A stretch of 64,000 nt of DNA, from contig WGOC01000013.1 in the NCBI GenBank assembly GCA_016124235.1, positions 153,416 through 217,415 of the forward strand, in the 5' to 3' direction. The first letter of the stretch is position 1; every line of letters begins with the position of its first letter. This document shows, piece by piece, positions 38,688 through 49,408 of this stretch. Source of the stretch: a bacterium. GTDB taxonomy: Bacteria > Verrucomicrobiota > Verrucomicrobiia > Limisphaerales > RI-55. The notes under the pieces were generated by a model. That model ran no database searches. It was given only the letters and a program-made list of their open reading frames with translations, and was not told the origin of the DNA. Position numbers and translations under genes: made by a program.

Positions 38688-39857
38688 TCAGATGTTGTAC
38701 GGATACTTGACCTTCTCGATCAATAAACCACGCACATCGATTTTCGACAAGTCCGCCGTCCCAAGTCCGGCCTGCTCTGCCATGAGCAAATGGTTGTCGC
38801 AAAAGCCAAAGGGCTTCGTTCCGCGAACGACTCTCGGATCGGGATAACCCATCACCGCCGTCCCGACAGCATCGGTGGACACGCCATTGAGGCCGACAAT
38901 CAACACGCCCGGATTTGTAAACGTCAGCGGATTGGCGTTGCGGCACCATGGTCCTTCACCGCCGCTCATCGACGTAATGCCGTCGATCACGCACAGGTGA
39001 AGCGGCCGGGCCGCCTGCTCATCCACGATGATCCGGGGCACCCGCCACATCGCGTTGTTGGACGTGATGCCTTCCTTGATGCCCGGCAATTGGATACGGT
39101 CGTTGCGATTGTGCAGCGGACCGCGACCGGCAGTGGCGTTTTCATTGCCGGCCTCGTCGCCGTAGAGCGAATTGGGCGTGATCCCGAACATGTTTTTCAT
39201 CGTGAGCGTCACGCCCGCCGTGATGTGATTCTTCAGCTTGCAAAGCGACACCATGACGTCCGTGTCGACGTAGCGATGATTCACGTCGAAGGACGAAAAC
39301 ATCAGGCCCTCGGTCGGGACTTTGATGTGTGAATATTTTTTGCCGCTGCCAAGGTTGCGAGTGTTTTCAAATTGAACATCACCGAGCGAACTCAGCGCCT
39401 TCACATCCCAATCCGCCAACGCCAGCGTGCTTTCGAGTGACGACCGGCTCTGCGTCGACTCGACGAACACGACGCGTTTCGCGCCGGCCTTGAACAGGGC
39501 GGCCGCGAGAGCGTGCGCCGTCGCCGGATGCGTCATGTAAGTCTCTCCCACCGGCCGGTCGAGGAACGGAGTAAAGTTGGTGCCGGTAAGATTGATCTTG
39601 ATGGTCACCGTCTTCCCCTTGACCAGCGAACCAACACCACCCAGCAGATCGAAGCATTGATCGTACGCAGCCCGCACTTCCTTGGGCGCGTACGTCTTGC
39701 AAGCGGCAATGGCGACCTTGGCGTCTGAGAATGATTTGCCGCTCGCTTCAGCCGCCGCCAGAATCCGATTTGCGCTGGACAATGCGAGCGGCACGCCGGC
39801 CGCGAAAAGTGAGGTCGTACGGAGAAATCCTCTTCGGCTGCAAGCGTGCTGGTTCAT
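38688..39857 (-). CDS. DUF362 domain protein with Tat signal
   Basis: SRRGFL twin-arginine motif; IKIN, KLKNH, TLTMKN, GEGP, DAVG. Confidence 0.87.
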   Translation of the reverse strand: MNQHACSRRGFLRTTSLFAAGVPLALSSANRILAAAEASGKSFSDAKVAIAACKTYAPKEVRAAYDQCFDLLGGVGSLVKGKTVTIKINLTGTNFTPFLDRPVGETYMTHPATAHALAAALFKAGAKRVVFVESTQSRSSLESTLALADWDVKALSSLGDVQFENTRNLGSGKKYSHIKVPTEGLMFSSFDVNHRYVDTDVMVSLCKLKNHITAGVTLTMKNMFGITPNSLYGDEAGNENATAGRGPLHNRNDRIQLPGIKEGITSNNAMWRVPRIIVDEQAARPLHLCVIDGITSMSGGEGPWCRNANPLTFTNPGVLIVGLNGVSTDAVGTAVMGYPDPRVVRGTKPFGFCDNHLLMAEQAGLGTADLSKIDVRGLLIEKVKYPYNI

Positions 39858-39943
39858 GAATCGACTTAACACGGTCCAAGCTTTCGTGGCAATGCGGATT
39901 CACATCGCGTCAAAGCAAGGAAACGAAGGCCGAATCACACGAC

Positions 39944-41803
39944 TCAATGTGTCACACCCGTAATGTGTTTGATCAATTGCGGGACATATTCGGCGAGCTT
40001 GCGCGGCATCCCTGGAAGCGTGGTTGGGAGTTTCGCCGCTTCGTCGACCACCGGCTTGGCCCGATCACCCATCGCGTCGATGGCGTTCAAAGCCATCATC
40101 GAAACGTAGAGGTTGGTTTTGTCCATCGGCGCCAATTCCATCAACACACGCAACGCCACAGCCGCGTCTGTATCGCTGCCGTATCGCCCGAGTGCTTCGG
40201 CCGCGGCAATCCGCGGTGCGTCGGCCGGATCGTTCAGCAGCTTCATCAATTCGTCGTGTGCGCCCGCAACCGCTTCCCGGCCGCGCATGACAAATCCGAG
40301 CGCCGCCCAATAACGCACGGCGCTGTCGTCGGCCGTCAACAAACCCTTGAGCTTCGAAGTCGCGTCTGGGTCCAATCCGGAGGCCAGTTCCGCGGCGGCC
40401 ATGATCTCTTTCATCGGATACAAATTCCGATCGTGGCCCATCGCGTAGGGCGCGATTCCCGACGCGCGCGTGTGGATTTCGTTCTCCGGCAAAAACCCGA
40501 TGTCGCGGCTTTGAACGGCGAGATCACGTTGGGCCTTGCGCAAGCGTTTCAACACCCGGCGATGTTCCGGCGAATCCGCGAGGTTATGTACTTCGTCCGG
40601 ATCGGCCTCCAAATCGTAAAGCTCCTCCGGCGGCTTGGTCTCCCAGAATCGGGATTGCACTTCATTCAATTTTCCGGCCTCAAACAAATCGCGCCAGACC
40701 CGGGTGGTCGGCGTCTTGAACATGTAATCGATGTACTGTCCGTAGATTTTGTGCGGCATGTAATTCCGAATGTAGATGTAGCGATCGTTGCGCACGCTCC
40801 GGACCATGTCGTACCGCTCGTCCATCCGGCCGCGAAAGCCAAAGTTGAATCTGCGCGCCTTCCCCGGATAACGCCCGGCGAACGCGCTGCCCTGCATCCA
40901 CTGCGGCGGTTTGATGCCGGCAATGCTCAGCACCGTCGGCGCCAGATCGATGAAACCGACCGGCCGTTTGCTCGTGCCATCGATCTTGTAATCGGCCGGC
41001 GCGAGGTTCGACCAATGGATCGGAAAATAAACGATCATCGGTACGAGCAAACCGGAATTGTACGGCCACCGTTTGCTGCGCGGCATGCCCGAGCCATGGT
41101 CGCCGTAGTAAAAAATGATCGTGTCATCGGCGAGGCCATCTTCCTCCAATTGCGCGAGGATTTCACCGACCTGTTTGTCCATCATGGTCACCCGATCGTA
41201 ATACTGCGCCCAATCTTTCCGCACTTCGGGCGTGTCGGGATGATACGCCGGCACCCGTACCTTGGCCGGGTCGTGAATGCGGTCTTCATCTTTGATCTCG
41301 TCACGAATGTGGCTCTCGTGACTGATTGTGTAATTGAAAACCGCGAAGAAAGGCTGACCCGGTTTGCGATTTCGCCAATGCGCCTTGCGCGACGAATCGT
41401 CCCAGACTTCGCCGGGCTTCACGAGGTTGTAATCCTCCTTGCTGTTGTTCGAGCAATAGTAACCGGCCTCGCGCAAATACTGTGGAAACATCTTCATGAA
41501 ATCCGGCAGCCGCACCTCGCTTCGCATGTGCTCTGCGCCCGTGGCGGGCGGATACACGCCCGAGATGATCGTTGTCCGCGCGGGCGCGCAAACGGGCGCG
41601 GTGGACCACGCGTTCAAGTAACGCATGCCACGCGCGGCTAGCTTGTCGATGTTCGGCGACGTGGCATACGAGTCGCCGTAACAACCGAGTTCCTGGCCGT
41701 TGTCCTCACTCGTGATCCAGAGAATATTCGGACGGTCGGCAGCAAACGAGGCCACCGAAAATGCAAGCAGGGCAAAAAGAAGTAGGGGCGCAATTCGCTT
41801 CAT
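39944..41803 (-). CDS. Sulfatase (formylglycine type) with C-terminal HEAT repeats
   Basis: RPNILWITSED, CAPAR, GDHG, EELYDLEADPDEVHNLA; AVRYWAA and RIAAAEAL repeats. Confidence 0.92.
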   Translation of the reverse strand: MKRIAPLLLFALLAFSVASFAADRPNILWITSEDNGQELGCYGDSYATSPNIDKLAARGMRYLNAWSTAPVCAPARTTIISGVYPPATGAEHMRSEVRLPDFMKMFPQYLREAGYYCSNNSKEDYNLVKPGEVWDDSSRKAHWRNRKPGQPFFAVFNYTISHESHIRDEIKDEDRIHDPAKVRVPAYHPDTPEVRKDWAQYYDRVTMMDKQVGEILAQLEEDGLADDTIIFYYGDHGSGMPRSKRWPYNSGLLVPMIVYFPIHWSNLAPADYKIDGTSKRPVGFIDLAPTVLSIAGIKPPQWMQGSAFAGRYPGKARRFNFGFRGRMDERYDMVRSVRNDRYIYIRNYMPHKIYGQYIDYMFKTPTTRVWRDLFEAGKLNEVQSRFWETKPPEELYDLEADPDEVHNLADSPEHRRVLKRLRKAQRDLAVQSRDIGFLPENEIHTRASGIAPYAMGHDRNLYPMKEIMAAAELASGLDPDATSKLKGLLTADDSAVRYWAALGFVMRGREAVAGAHDELMKLLNDPADAPRIAAAEALGRYGSDTDAAVALRVLMELAPMDKTNLYVSMMALNAIDAMGDRAKPVVDEAAKLPTTLPGMPRKLAEYVPQLIKHITGVTH

Positions 41804-41890
41804 GGTGATTGAAGTCATGTTGCCGGCAAATTCCGGCACGGGCAAAACTTTTGTCCCCCACGATTTCGAACGGTCCGTCGAATCGATGAT

Positions 41891-43615
41891 TCAGCCTTTT
41901 TTGATCGCCGGATTGGCACGCCAGGCCGACGGCAGTCGCGAATTTTGATTCGGATCCCATTCCCTCAACCGCGGGTCGTTCGCGTCCGGCACGGGTTCCA
42001 TCGCGATCTCTCGAAAGTGAAAGATCAGTTTTGTTTTCAACTCCGACAAGGGCGGACTTTCCTCAATCGCGGCGATGAAGATGAACACCACTATGCTCGC
42101 AAAAAAGACAATCACCATCTCGGCAGTTGATCCGGTAGGAAACGTGAACCGGATTGTTCCAGTGGACGACCAGTTGGCCGCCACCCGGTAGAATTGAAAC
42201 ATCATGTAAACGAACCAGATGCGATTGCCCCGCAGATGTCGCCAGTTGCTGAATCCCAGTCGCCCCGTGTTCATCGCGATCCACATGGTCCGCGTGGCGT
42301 CGCCTCGGCCGGTCCGGAAAATCGCGTATATGAGCCAGGCCCAAAGCACCACGTATTCGGTCATGGCACCAAATGTCCAGTCACGCGTCAGCACACCACC
42401 GAGCATCAACAACGCAAAGACACCGGCATAGATCCTGGTCACCGGTGCGAACTGCGAGCGGATCGCGTCCTGCAGACCGTCCACCACCTCGGGAATATGC
42501 AACGGAGTGGTCAACACCAGTTCCAATGTTCCGTCGCGTCGCGATTCCATAAGCAAACGGCCCGAAGCATGGCGCACGTGGGCGCTGTAGATGAACGTAA
42601 GCACCACCGCCTCCAGCAGAAACAGTGTTGCATTCAACCAGCCAGCCGGCCAGAGCCCCCAACCGACCAGCCAGAGCAACGTAACCATCACCAGCGACAG
42701 GACCGTGTAAACCACCGCACGCCGTTCCTGCATCACCAACCATGTGACCGGATTAAGATCGAGCACCGAGGCTCGCAGTCGTCGACGCCATTCCGCCGAA
42801 CCGTAGAGCAATTTGCGAACGGCCGTCTGCCAGCGGGAATCCCGACGCCCGGCGACCTGAACCCGCCATTGGTGTTTCATCGTCAAAACTGATCCCGCAA
42901 GAAAGACGATCGCCCAGACGCACGATACGCCCAGACTTTGCCAGCAGGCCGTGACGTAGTTTGGTGATAATCCACGAATGATGAGAAACGGCGCATACAC
43001 CGGGCTGAAGGCCGAAAGATTGGCCGCGATTCGCGCACCAAAATATCCATTCCCGGCTTCCAACAGCAACGGCACCCCGGCGATCGTCGCAATCATCATT
43101 ACGACCAACGAAAATGCCTGGCCCGCATCCCGGCTGATGGTGGACGCCAAGACCGATGCACCAAGTGTGAGCAACATCAACACCGGCAATGCGACAACCG
43201 AAGCCAAGAACAAATCCATTGATACACCGCCCATGAAAAACGGAACCGCGACGACCGGTACGATCGCGCACAAACGGCTCACGACGATGGCCACCACGCC
43301 GAACAGCTTGCCGACGAACACTTCGCCCGCCGAGAGGCCGGTAAGAAAAAGAAGTCCAAAAGTGCCGTTTTGCCGTTCGTGCACGAACAATCCGGATGCA
43401 ATTTCCCCGGCCTCAAACACAGCGATGTACAAGCCGAGCACAAAGAGAATCACATGCAGACTACGAGCCGATGGATGAACAACAGCCGGCTGCATCAGGA
43501 TGTACAACGCGGTGACGCCCGCCGCGATCGCTGCGGTGAAAAACCGGCGCTGCACCGCTCGACCGCGGCGCAACGCCTGGATCAATTCCCGTTCGATAAG
43601 CGGCCAGCAGGACAT
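41891..43615 (-). CDS. ABC-2-type transporter permease (duplicated domain)
   Basis: PLIEREL, ERQNGTFGLLFLT, GKL; second copy RRDGTLELVLTTPL; many TM segments. Confidence 0.8.
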   Translation of the reverse strand: MSCWPLIERELIQALRRGRAVQRRFFTAAIAAGVTALYILMQPAVVHPSARSLHVILFVLGLYIAVFEAGEIASGLFVHERQNGTFGLLFLTGLSAGEVFVGKLFGVVAIVVSRLCAIVPVVAVPFFMGGVSMDLFLASVVALPVLMLLTLGASVLASTISRDAGQAFSLVVMMIATIAGVPLLLEAGNGYFGARIAANLSAFSPVYAPFLIIRGLSPNYVTACWQSLGVSCVWAIVFLAGSVLTMKHQWRVQVAGRRDSRWQTAVRKLLYGSAEWRRRLRASVLDLNPVTWLVMQERRAVVYTVLSLVMVTLLWLVGWGLWPAGWLNATLFLLEAVVLTFIYSAHVRHASGRLLMESRRDGTLELVLTTPLHIPEVVDGLQDAIRSQFAPVTRIYAGVFALLMLGGVLTRDWTFGAMTEYVVLWAWLIYAIFRTGRGDATRTMWIAMNTGRLGFSNWRHLRGNRIWFVYMMFQFYRVAANWSSTGTIRFTFPTGSTAEMVIVFFASIVVFIFIAAIEESPPLSELKTKLIFHFREIAMEPVPDANDPRLREWDPNQNSRLPSAWRANPAIKKG

Positions 43616-43844
43616 TGGAAAAGGCAGCCGGTTCTCAGCGCCGCCGCCGACTGATCATCATGCAAAAGCCGGCGCGAATTTGCGAAGCAGATTTTGACCA
43701 CATCGGCATGGCGGAAGAAAATTGCTGCTTTGTCTTGGCAGAAGCTTTCTCACCGAACTATTGATTTCCGTCAGCCCAACCGCAACATCACGCCGTGATG
43801 ATTTCCAACCGACCACCGAACCAATCCGGTGTCCCCTGCCCCCT

Positions 43845-44969
43845 ATGAGCCGGTTTTCCATGATGCAATCCGCGCCCGGCCCGGAAACGGTCATCGATGG
43901 CGTGAAGTATCTCTACTTCGGCGGGACGAGTTATCTCGGGCTGGCCAGTCATCCCGAGGTCATCGACGCGGGTTGCGAGGCGATCCGGAAATTTGGTGTC
44001 CACTCCGCGACGTCGCGTTCGCGATTCGGAACCAACCCACCGGTGCTCGAAGTGGAACGGCTGGCGGCGAAACTCTTCGGGACCGAAGACGCCTTCTATT
44101 TCGGGAGCGGCTACGTGGCGAACCATGTCATGGTCGCAGCTCTTGCTTCGGACTCGGATGTCGTGCTGCTCGACGAGGCGGCGCATTATTGCGTGACCGA
44201 AGCCGCCCGGCTGGCCGGCAAACCGGTTCACACCTTTCGCCATCGCGATCCCCAAGATCTGGCAAAACTCGCGGCGCAAAACGATCGCGTTCTCGTCATG
44301 GCCGATGGCGTGAATCCGTCCACGGGCGCAACGGCGCCAGTGCTCGAATTCATTTCCGCGTTAAAGGGCCAGCCGAAAGCCGTGCTCCTCCTTGATGACG
44401 CGCACGGGTTCGGCGTTTTGGGTAAACACGGTCGAGGTTTGCTCGACGAACTTAATCTCTGGCCGCACGTGAACAGTGGACCGCCGATCGACTGCGTGGA
44501 GTTGTTCGTCTGCGGAACGCTGGCCAAAGCACTGGGCGGTTTCGGTGGCGTCATTCCGGGCACGAGCGAATTCGTGACTCGCTGCCGGAACTCTTCTCAC
44601 TATTTTGACGGTGCAAGCGCGCCCGCATCCGCTGAAGCCGGCGCCACCGCCAAGGCCTTGGAAATCGTCATGCGCCTGCCAGATTTGCGTCGGCGATTGA
44701 GCGAGAATATCAAAAGAGTTCACGACGGCCTGCTCAAACTTGGAGTGCCAGCACCCGAAAGTCGCGCCGCCAATTTCGGCGTCACGATCCGCGATGCCGC
44801 CAACATGCGACGCATCTACGAAGCCCTGAAAGCTCGCGGAATCATGCTTCCGTACGTGGGCAATTATTCCGGCCTGCCGCCGGAGGGCGTGTTGCGTTTT
44901 GCCATTTTCGCGACGCACACATTTGATCAAATTGATCGTTTGCTGGCCGAACTGGGTGCGGTTCTGTAA
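43845..44969 (+). CDS. PLP-dependent alpha-oxoamine synthase (BioF/Kbl-like)
   Basis: YLGL, SGY.AN, FRH.D, DDAHGFGVLG, GTLAKALGGFGG. Confidence 0.85.
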   Translation: MSRFSMMQSAPGPETVIDGVKYLYFGGTSYLGLASHPEVIDAGCEAIRKFGVHSATSRSRFGTNPPVLEVERLAAKLFGTEDAFYFGSGYVANHVMVAALASDSDVVLLDEAAHYCVTEAARLAGKPVHTFRHRDPQDLAKLAAQNDRVLVMADGVNPSTGATAPVLEFISALKGQPKAVLLLDDAHGFGVLGKHGRGLLDELNLWPHVNSGPPIDCVELFVCGTLAKALGGFGGVIPGTSEFVTRCRNSSHYFDGASAPASAEAGATAKALEIVMRLPDLRRRLSENIKRVHDGLLKLGVPAPESRAANFGVTIRDAANMRRIYEALKARGIMLPYVGNYSGLPPEGVLRFAIFATHTFDQIDRLLAELGAVL

Positions 44970-44984
44970 AGCTCCGCCGCACGC

Positions 44985-46007
44985 ATGAAACTTCGTCTTC
45001 GTGACATCCACCTGCCGATGCGGCATCCGTTCACCATCGCGCTCGGCACCACGACCGTGCAGCATAATCTGCTGGTCGAACTCGAGCAGGACGGAATGGT
45101 TGGCTACGGCGAGGGCGCTTCGTCGCACGCGTATGAAAGTTTCACCGCCGAATCCATGCGAACGGCGTTGGAGGGCGCCCGCGCAATGATCGAAGATGAA
45201 ACCTTAACCGACCCGACCGAGTTCTGGGATCGAGTGCTACCGGTGCTCGGCCACAACCGCTTTGCATTGTGTGCGCTCGATGAGGCAGCGCACGATTTGT
45301 GGGGCAAGCTGAACGGCGCGCCGGTGTGGAAATTGTGGGGGCTCGACCTGCATCATTTTCCGTTCAGCGATTACACGATCGGCATCGATTCGATCGACAA
45401 GATGGTCGCCAAAATGAAGGAGTTCGAAGGCTGGCCAATTTACAAGATCAAGCTCGGCACCAAGGACGATCTGGCGATTGTTCGCGAACTTCGTCGCCAC
45501 ACCGACGCCACGTTTCGCATCGACGCCAATACAGCGTGGACGGCCGAACAAACGATCGCCATCGCGCCGGAACTGAAGGACCTAGGCGTTGAGTTCATCG
45601 AGCAACCGCTGAAACGCGATGACTGGGACGGCATGAAGCGCGTTTATGCAGAAAGTGCACTTCCGGTAATCGCCGATGAAAGTTGTCTGATTGAAGAGGA
45701 TGTCGAGCGCTGCCAGGGATTCTTTCACGGCATCAACATCAAGTTGACCAAGGCTGGCGGGCTGACACCGGCCCGGCGAATGATTGTTCGCGCCCGACAG
45801 CTCGCGTTGAAGGTGATGGTCGGTTGCATGAACGAAAGCAGCGTCGGCATCAGCGCGATTGGCCAGTTGCTGCCGCTGCTCGATTATGTGGACATGGACG
45901 GTGCCGTGTTGATCGCCAAAGACATTGCCAGCGGAGTTCACCTCGAAAAAGGCCGACCCATATTTCCTGACGAAAACGGTCTCGGCGTGCGGTTGCTCGA
46001 ATCATGA
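44985..46007 (+). CDS. Dipeptide epimerase (L-Ala-D/L-Glu epimerase, enolase superfamily)
   Basis: YKIKLG, IDAN, EQP, ADES, NIKLTKAGG, GCMNES, DMDG. Confidence 0.9.
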   Translation: MKLRLRDIHLPMRHPFTIALGTTTVQHNLLVELEQDGMVGYGEGASSHAYESFTAESMRTALEGARAMIEDETLTDPTEFWDRVLPVLGHNRFALCALDEAAHDLWGKLNGAPVWKLWGLDLHHFPFSDYTIGIDSIDKMVAKMKEFEGWPIYKIKLGTKDDLAIVRELRRHTDATFRIDANTAWTAEQTIAIAPELKDLGVEFIEQPLKRDDWDGMKRVYAESALPVIADESCLIEEDVERCQGFFHGINIKLTKAGGLTPARRMIVRARQLALKVMVGCMNESSVGISAIGQLLPLLDYVDMDGAVLIAKDIASGVHLEKGRPIFPDENGLGVRLLES

Positions 46008-47215
46008 CGTCGCTTATTTCCAGCCACGACTACGCAACGCTTTGGGCGATGATCGTCATTGGGACGGCGCTGTCGATCTGGCTGGAGCAAACCTATCGCT
46101 GGGCCGCGCGCTTGAGTGGGCCCGTGCTGGCATTGCTGATCGCGATGATTCTGACCAATACGCGGGTGATGCCGACCGCGTCGCCCGCCTACGATTTCGT
46201 CGGCGATTGGCTGGTGCCACTGGCAATTCCTCTGCTCCTGTTCCGCGCGAACCTCAAGGAAATCATTCGGACTGGCGGCCGGGTTTTTGCGATCTTTCAC
46301 CTGAGCGCAATCGGAACTTTGCTCGGCGTCGTGATCGCCATCTTCGCGCTGCACAACCATCTTGAAAAATTGCAGATGATCAACGCAGCCGGCATGATGA
46401 CCGCCAGTTATATCGGCGGCGGAGTGAACTTCATGGCGTTGAAAGCCAGCTACAACGTTCCGGAAAACACGACAAACCCGTTGATCGTCGCGGATAATTT
46501 CGTGATGGCCGCGATGTTCGTGGCGATGCTGGCGATCGCTGGCACAAAGTGGTTCCGCTCACGCTTCCCACATCCACACTCCCTCGATGCCGATCAATCA
46601 GCCGCTGGCAACCTCGCGGCGGCACATTGGACACGTAAAGGCATCGGGCTGCTCGATGTCGCCAAATCGTTTGCCATCGCGTTTGCGGTACTGGCCGGAG
46701 CCGAAATGCTCGGTCGCACCGTTCAATGGGTTTTCGATCACATCTCCAGTCAGGCGATGCTCGTGCAAATGTTGCAGGTTCTCTGCACGAACAAGTTTGT
46801 CCTACTCACGTTGATCATGCTGGTCATCGCCACAGTGTATTCGGGACCGCTCTCGAAAATCAACGGCCCGGAAGAATTCGGCGCCTACCTGCTCTGCATT
46901 TTTCTCTTCACGCTTGGATTGCCCGCCGACTTGTGGACCGTGATTACGCAGGCGCCCTTGTTCTTTGTGTTTTGCGGCATCATCGCGATCGTGAATCTCG
47001 CGTTCACGCTGGCCGCTGGCAAATTGCTCCGGCTAAATCTTGAAGAACTTCTGCTGGTCGTGAACGCCAATCTCGGGGGCGCACCCAGTGCCTCCGCGAT
47101 GGCCATCAGCGCAGGCTGGACGCGACTGGTTTTGCCCGGATTACTGGTGGGGATCTGGGGTTACGTCGTCGGTACACCGATCGGGATCATGATGGTGGAA
47201 ATCCTGAAGCGCTGA
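46004..47215 (+). CDS. DUF819 family membrane protein
   Basis: PLAIPLLLF, SYIGGGVNF, ADN, NANLGG, GIWGYVVGT; ATGA overlap with the epimerase. Confidence 0.85.
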   Translation: MTSLISSHDYATLWAMIVIGTALSIWLEQTYRWAARLSGPVLALLIAMILTNTRVMPTASPAYDFVGDWLVPLAIPLLLFRANLKEIIRTGGRVFAIFHLSAIGTLLGVVIAIFALHNHLEKLQMINAAGMMTASYIGGGVNFMALKASYNVPENTTNPLIVADNFVMAAMFVAMLAIAGTKWFRSRFPHPHSLDADQSAAGNLAAAHWTRKGIGLLDVAKSFAIAFAVLAGAEMLGRTVQWVFDHISSQAMLVQMLQVLCTNKFVLLTLIMLVIATVYSGPLSKINGPEEFGAYLLCIFLFTLGLPADLWTVITQAPLFFVFCGIIAIVNLAFTLAAGKLLRLNLEELLLVVNANLGGAPSASAMAISAGWTRLVLPGLLVGIWGYVVGTPIGIMMVEILKR

Positions 47216-47229
47216 AGCGCGCAACCCCA

Positions 47230-48102
47230 TCAAATTTTGAAAAACCGGTAGCTGCCCGAAAAGCCGGGCACGGAGAACAGCAACGGTTCCGCGAATTGAA
47301 AACGGTCGCCCAAAGCCTCGGCCGCCGGCTCACTGATGAGTATGCTGATGCCGTTCGTTCCAGCGACTTTTTCCATGCGGAAAACAAAATTCACCTCCGG
47401 CCCCGCGAGACTTTCTTCACCAGTGTTCCCGATACCGCCCAGAATGATGTCTGCCAAATGCAGCACGATCCGAAAACTGAAGGACAGATCGTCGCGCATG
47501 GCCCGGAACTGCCCGAGCGCGTCGGCAATCTGGTCGGCCGCATTTTCGGTGTCTGGCCAACAAGCGAGAAAACCATCGCCGAGGAACTTGTTCACGACGC
47601 CCCGATTTTTGGCGACGGTTTCCTTGCTCCGGGCGAACCATTCGTCGACGTAGCGGCGGTAAACGGTGGGCTCCAGCCTGGACGCGAGCATCGTCGAATT
47701 CTCGATATCCGCCACCAGCAACCAGCGCTTTTCGTGGCGCAACTCGATGATCGTCTGCTGCGTCGTTACCTGTGTGGCCGATTCTCTCGGGCCGGCGCTA
47801 TCCGACGGGCGCACAAATTCCAATTGAAACGGACCCACGCGAAGCTCGTCGCCACCACGCAGGCGAACGGGTTGGTTGACACGCAATTGATTGATGTAAG
47901 TCCCGTTCGCGCTCCCGAGATCGGACAACCAGTATTCCCCGCCGGCCTGACGGTGAATGATCAGGTGCTTGCGGGAAACCTTGCTGTCCGCCAGCGGAAG
48001 ATCGCAGCCCGAGGAACGGCCCACCGAAAACGAGGCCGAAAGCGGAAATACCTCACCGGCTTCGTTTCGCAGCCACGCATCGGGTTGTTCAGGAATCGAC
48101 AT
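47230..48102 (-). CDS. FHA domain + class III adenylate/guanylate cyclase
   Basis: GR...VSRKH...DLGSANGT FHA motifs; VADIENST, KFLGDG, VNFVFRME cyclase motifs. Confidence 0.9.
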   Translation of the reverse strand: MSIPEQPDAWLRNEAGEVFPLSASFSVGRSSGCDLPLADSKVSRKHLIIHRQAGGEYWLSDLGSANGTYINQLRVNQPVRLRGGDELRVGPFQLEFVRPSDSAGPRESATQVTTQQTIIELRHEKRWLLVADIENSTMLASRLEPTVYRRYVDEWFARSKETVAKNRGVVNKFLGDGFLACWPDTENAADQIADALGQFRAMRDDLSFSFRIVLHLADIILGGIGNTGEESLAGPEVNFVFRMEKVAGTNGISILISEPAAEALGDRFQFAEPLLFSVPGFSGSYRFFKI

Positions 48103-48198
48103 CTCTCGCCCGGCGATTGAAGCGAAGCGCGTCCCCAATGGAAAGCATCATTGGACGAGAACATTTGCCCGCGAACGGGTTTCCGGTAAAACCAAGGC

Positions 48199-49344
48199 AT
48201 GCGCATCTTTCAACCTGCCCTCGTGGGCATCATTTCGATCGTGTCCTCATCGGCTGCCGATCTTCACTGGCGGAAGGTCCAACTTTATCACGATCCCAAC
48301 GAAGCCTGTGCCGTGGCCGATTACAACAACGACGGCAAGCTCGACATCTCCGCCGGACGGAATCTGTTCCTCGGACCGGATTTCATTCCCCGCCCGCTGC
48401 GGGAAGTGCCGGAGTTCGGGGTGGACTATCTTGAGAACAACGGCGAGCACGCAATTGACGTCGACGGTGACGGTTGGATCGATGTTGTCGGTGGCTCCTA
48501 CATGGGCAAGGAAGTTTACTGGTACAAAAATCCCGGCGCGAAAGGCATCGAATACGGCAAGCTCTGGCAAAAGCAGTTGCTCCAAGTGACGGCCCAGGAA
48601 AACGAAATCACGTTCCTCCGCGAGATGGTCGGCGGCCAGAAGCCGGAGTTCGTCGTCGACAGTTGGAATCCCAAAAATCCGATGACGGTCTGGAAGTTCA
48701 CGCAAGCCGATGGCAAACCGACTTTCGATCCGATCGTGATTGGCAACGTCAACGGACACGGCATGGGATTTGGCGACATCAATGGCGACGGCCGCGAGGA
48801 CATCACGTTTCGCTCGGGCTGGTACGAACGGCCGGCCGATGATTCGGGAAGCACTCCCTGGAAGCTCCACGAAGACTGGCTTTACGAACAGGCCAGTTGC
48901 CCGATGATCATCACCGATCTCAATGGCGACGGCCGCAACGATGTGATCTGGGGCGCGGGCCACAATTACGGTGTCTTCTGGGAGGAACAACTCGCTCCCA
49001 AGGATGGCAAAACCCAATGGAAGGAATACGTCATCGACAAAAGCTGGTCACAGGCGCACGCGCTCGCCTGGGAAGACATCGACAACGACGGCCAGCCGGA
49101 TTTGATCACCGGCAAACGAGTGCGCGCGCATTCCGGCAACGACCCCGGAGCGGCCGAGCCGGCGGCGATTTATTATTACACGTGGGACGCCAAAACGCTG
49201 ACATTCACGCGGCACACGATCGACACGAACGACGCCAGCACCGGCTTGTTCATCCGCGTGGCCGATCTGGATGGCAATGGTTGGAAAGACCTCGTGATGT
49301 CCGGCAAGACCGGCACGTTCATCTTCTTCAACGAAGGCAAATAG
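48199..49344 (+). CDS. FG-GAP/VCBS repeat secreted protein
   Basis: Signal peptide; DYNNDGKLD, DVDGDGWID, DINGDGRED, DLNGDGRND, DIDNDGQPD, DLDGNGWKD. Confidence 0.88.
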   Translation: MRIFQPALVGIISIVSSSAADLHWRKVQLYHDPNEACAVADYNNDGKLDISAGRNLFLGPDFIPRPLREVPEFGVDYLENNGEHAIDVDGDGWIDVVGGSYMGKEVYWYKNPGAKGIEYGKLWQKQLLQVTAQENEITFLREMVGGQKPEFVVDSWNPKNPMTVWKFTQADGKPTFDPIVIGNVNGHGMGFGDINGDGREDITFRSGWYERPADDSGSTPWKLHEDWLYEQASCPMIITDLNGDGRNDVIWGAGHNYGVFWEEQLAPKDGKTQWKEYVIDKSWSQAHALAWEDIDNDGQPDLITGKRVRAHSGNDPGAAEPAAIYYYTWDAKTLTFTRHTIDTNDASTGLFIRVADLDGNGWKDLVMSGKTGTFIFFNEGK

Positions 49345-49408
49345 CGCGGTGGCATTGGAATTGATTCATTGAACGAATCGGTTTGCAAAATAGCCGCAAT
49401 CGAACGCC

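Noticed and set aside
39947-41641. Long antisense ORFs (also 7116..8753 and 57536..59248)
   Set aside because: They mirror well-supported genes on the opposite strand, a known artefact of high-GC codon usage, and carry no motifs.
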